Positions 61,385-64,000 of a stretch of DNA of 64,000 nucleotides are shown here, piece by piece. This DNA comes from Azolla caroliniana (Eukaryota > Plantae > Polypodiophyta): positions 4,836,001 to 4,900,000 of the forward strand of contig JBHGNT010000010.1 of the NCBI GenBank assembly GCA_043228905.1. The letters run 5' to 3'. Position numbers and translations under genes: made by a program. Every line of letters begins with the position of its first letter. Position 1 is the stretch's first letter. The notes beneath the pieces were generated by a model. The model ran no database searches and was not told where the DNA came from. It saw nothing but the letters and a program-made list of their open reading frames with translations.

Positions 61385-64000
61385 GGACCAAGGAGGTTAC
61401 AAGTATTTATACATGTTCCAAGATTGAATATCTCTAGAATATACTCGAGAAATATCTCTAGAATATACTCATCTAGAATATGTCATACAATATTTCTAGA
61501 ATATAATACTGACTAGAATATTCTGATTCTGAAATGTATTATATGCTAGACTATAGAATACTAAACCATTATATACAAGTGCATGCTCATATCAAGTTGA
61601 GCATGACATCTTGTAGCTGTGAGGTTGTAGGTTCAATCCTCACTAACTACGCATTTGACATCGTTGTGTCATGATAGTTGTTGGCGCCAATTGAATAGTT
61701 AAAAAACCATTCGATGTTCGGGGTTATGTGGAATGTGGCCCCGGAGTCCAATAACCACATATGTGCATCTTGCGCATTCTAAAGGACTTTTCCGATCATC
61801 GAGTCCTCTAAGGAGAGGATTTTCCCGATCGGGTGTCGGCAACATTGACTTGGTTGCCGACTAGAGCGTGGTTCGAGTCAGATCATCCTGGATTCCATTC
61901 AAATCACTGACTACTCTCTTTCCTCCTGATTGACCAGCAGTCGGAAACGTTGTTACCGGGTTTTCTATAGTGGGTGTAGAAGTCGCTTGGTCGCTTGGTC
62001 TAACTCTCTCATCTTCATGTTGAATAGTTGTCTAATCAATATCAATTTCGAAGATGAGGACTTCTTTTCGTACACCACCTACGGCTTCGCCCATAATGAG
62101 AATGTTGTCATCTCCTTGGCCATGCTAAAGTAGATGTTTTCGACCAGATGCATTCGGATGGTGGAGCGCGCGATTTCATCTATAGATCTCTCATCTTCGA
62201 CTGACATCGTAATGGGTTTTTTGCTTTGTGGAATGGCTTCGACTTGTCTTCTGATGATCAGCACATCCTGCATCATCTCCTTCCACAAAGCAAAATTTTT
62301 TCCATCGAACTTTCGGATTTCAACTCGTGTTCTAGATGTGAAGCCATGTTCTGTAGGAAGTAAGATTTAACTGACCTGGTCTTTTCTTTCAATCGGATAG
62401 CTTCTCCTCTTTTCTATTATTCGTCATTGTTGAACAGCAGGTCGCTCTGATACTAGTTGTTGGTTATGGTGTTCGAATATGTATGGGAACCTGTTGAGCA
62501 ATGCTCGACAAACAATAACAAAAAGAGTGAGGGCAAGAATATGAACAAAAGATGGACGCGCACTTAAGCTTTAATGGAAGCTTTGTTATTTCTGCAACTC
62601 TCTCTCTACAAGACCCAAGATAAAAAGAATTCATAGTATTACAACATTACGTTAGGACTTATATACGCAAGCCCTAATTATTGTACGTGTTCACACTAGT
62701 AAGGATACAAAGTGGAAGGAATCAGCCTTTTATGCGGCGCAACACCTCGATGGTGTATCCTGGATCTTCTAAAGGTCGCACGAAACCCTTGTGTTGACCC
62801 GGGGACTCCACTATACATAAGAAGGTTGTATCACGTGCGTTCATGACATCATTTATAAACCCCTTATACATATGGTTTTTACTATTTTAGTAACCCTTGT
62901 GTAGAAAAAAGATTAATAAAAATACCCCTTATTACCAATATATTTTTTGATAACCACCCATTTTAAATACCCTTACATATAAAATATACATGCACACATA
63001 GGTTGCAATCCTAGAAGGGATCAATGACCACCTTTACAATTGATGACTCGCAAAATTATGAATCGACATTAAACATCATATGCAAATTCCTAGAAATGCT
63101 TCATCAAGTGCCACATAGATTGAAAACACAATGTGTAAAGTACAAAGTAATGTACACACAATTAGGAAACATTACCCAAAAACACTACAGGTATAACATA
63201 TACAAGCCACATATAAGCTTTTGTTTTTAGTTTATTGAGACGTATTAAGAACATTGAGTGATAAAAAACAATGTAATTTACAATAAAACAATCTTGAACT
63301 TAACACATACATCTCAAAGAGCACATATGGAACAATCCAAAATGCATATCAATAATGAAATTACTAACAAATTAACATTATGTCTGGTTTCATGGATATA
63401 GACTCATATAAAGCCATAATATTATTTTTTCTCAACACATTGATCAAACAAATGGCAACCTACTTCATATTTCCATTTGAAATGTAAGACATCATCTATT
63501 CACATACTCTTACCCAAATCAAAATGAAATAAAATAAATCATTTTGTTATTGCAATATCTACTTAAAAACTTATTGCAATAAAGGTTACCCTTATAAAGA
63601 TTGAGTATATAAAAAGAAAACCCTAAGAAGTTCATTTTAGGCTGTAAATTTCATGTCGTTTCCATCTTCAACATTGGACCTATATCATAAAATGTAACAA
63701 CAAAAGCAAGAAATCTTAATATACATGGAAGTAAATATTATCTTAATATACATGGAAGTAAAGAAATCAGAAAATATATTTGGAATACCGTAGGTTTATA
63801 TTTGGTTTCTACTCTTTTCTCCTTTTCCTGTTAAAATAAAAAGCATAAATATTAAGTTACTTTAATATATATTATATATGTACATGTATGCAAGTATATA
63901 ATTCAAAATAGCTTATATATACATACCTGGATTTCATTTCCAAAAGAAAATCGTTGAAAACTTTACAATCGCTTTCATCTAACAAATAGTTATCACATTT

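Larger units (their letters stand above)
59045..61676 (-). mobile_element. Miniature non-autonomous LTR element J (TRIM-like), putatively self-priming
   Basis: LTRs 59045-59576 (TGTCAC...GTGACA) and 60331-61676 (split by MITE 2). Degenerate 5-bp TSD GCTGC/GTTGT restores the host frame. Minus-strand TATA at 59303-59310 and PPT AAAAGGGAAG at ~59580-59590. The 754-bp interior has no retroelement domain I can recognise. Confidence 0.85.
57757..62848 (-). mobile_element. Old 3'-truncated Ty1/Copia element G; hosts element J
   Basis: Met PBS at 62444-62455 (minus). LTR from 62458; its outer end is uncertain (~62848). Gag, protease WLLDSGATFH, integrase LELVHTDICGP and QNGVVER. Confidence 0.85.

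Noticed and set aside
62850-64000. Host gene or promoter in the AT-rich end
   Set aside because: No convincing ORF or exon structure within the window.

Overview
There are no host genes here. The window is a deeply nested, heterochromatin-type cluster of transposable elements from a land-plant genome. A seed-free plant is my inference from the element types; the species cannot be established. Matching LTRs, TIRs and target-site duplications (TSDs) by eye resolves three nests. (1) Copia F2 > Copia D (minus strand) > Gypsy A > Gypsy B > Gypsy C, five levels deep, plus two Copia solo LTRs. (2) LINE > Gypsy H > young, nearly intact Copia E, and LINE > Copia solo LTR K > non-autonomous Gypsy I. 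(3) Copia G > miniature LTR element J > hAT MITE. A second hAT MITE sits in Copia F1. The most interesting signals are these: a tRNA-Trp-primed Gypsy family that makes 4-bp, CpG-centred TSDs and has a -1 frameshift/pseudoknot placed after the protease; antisense tRNA-like (Pol III-type) modules about 172-174 bp upstream of the TATA box in the U3 of two unrelated LTR families; a miniature non-coding LTR element with a Tf1-like 11-nt self-priming site; an extra 3' ORF in Gypsy B; and U3 tandem repeats moving from a 27-bp unit to 54- and 108-bp higher-order units. All coordinates were read manually and may be off by a few bases.
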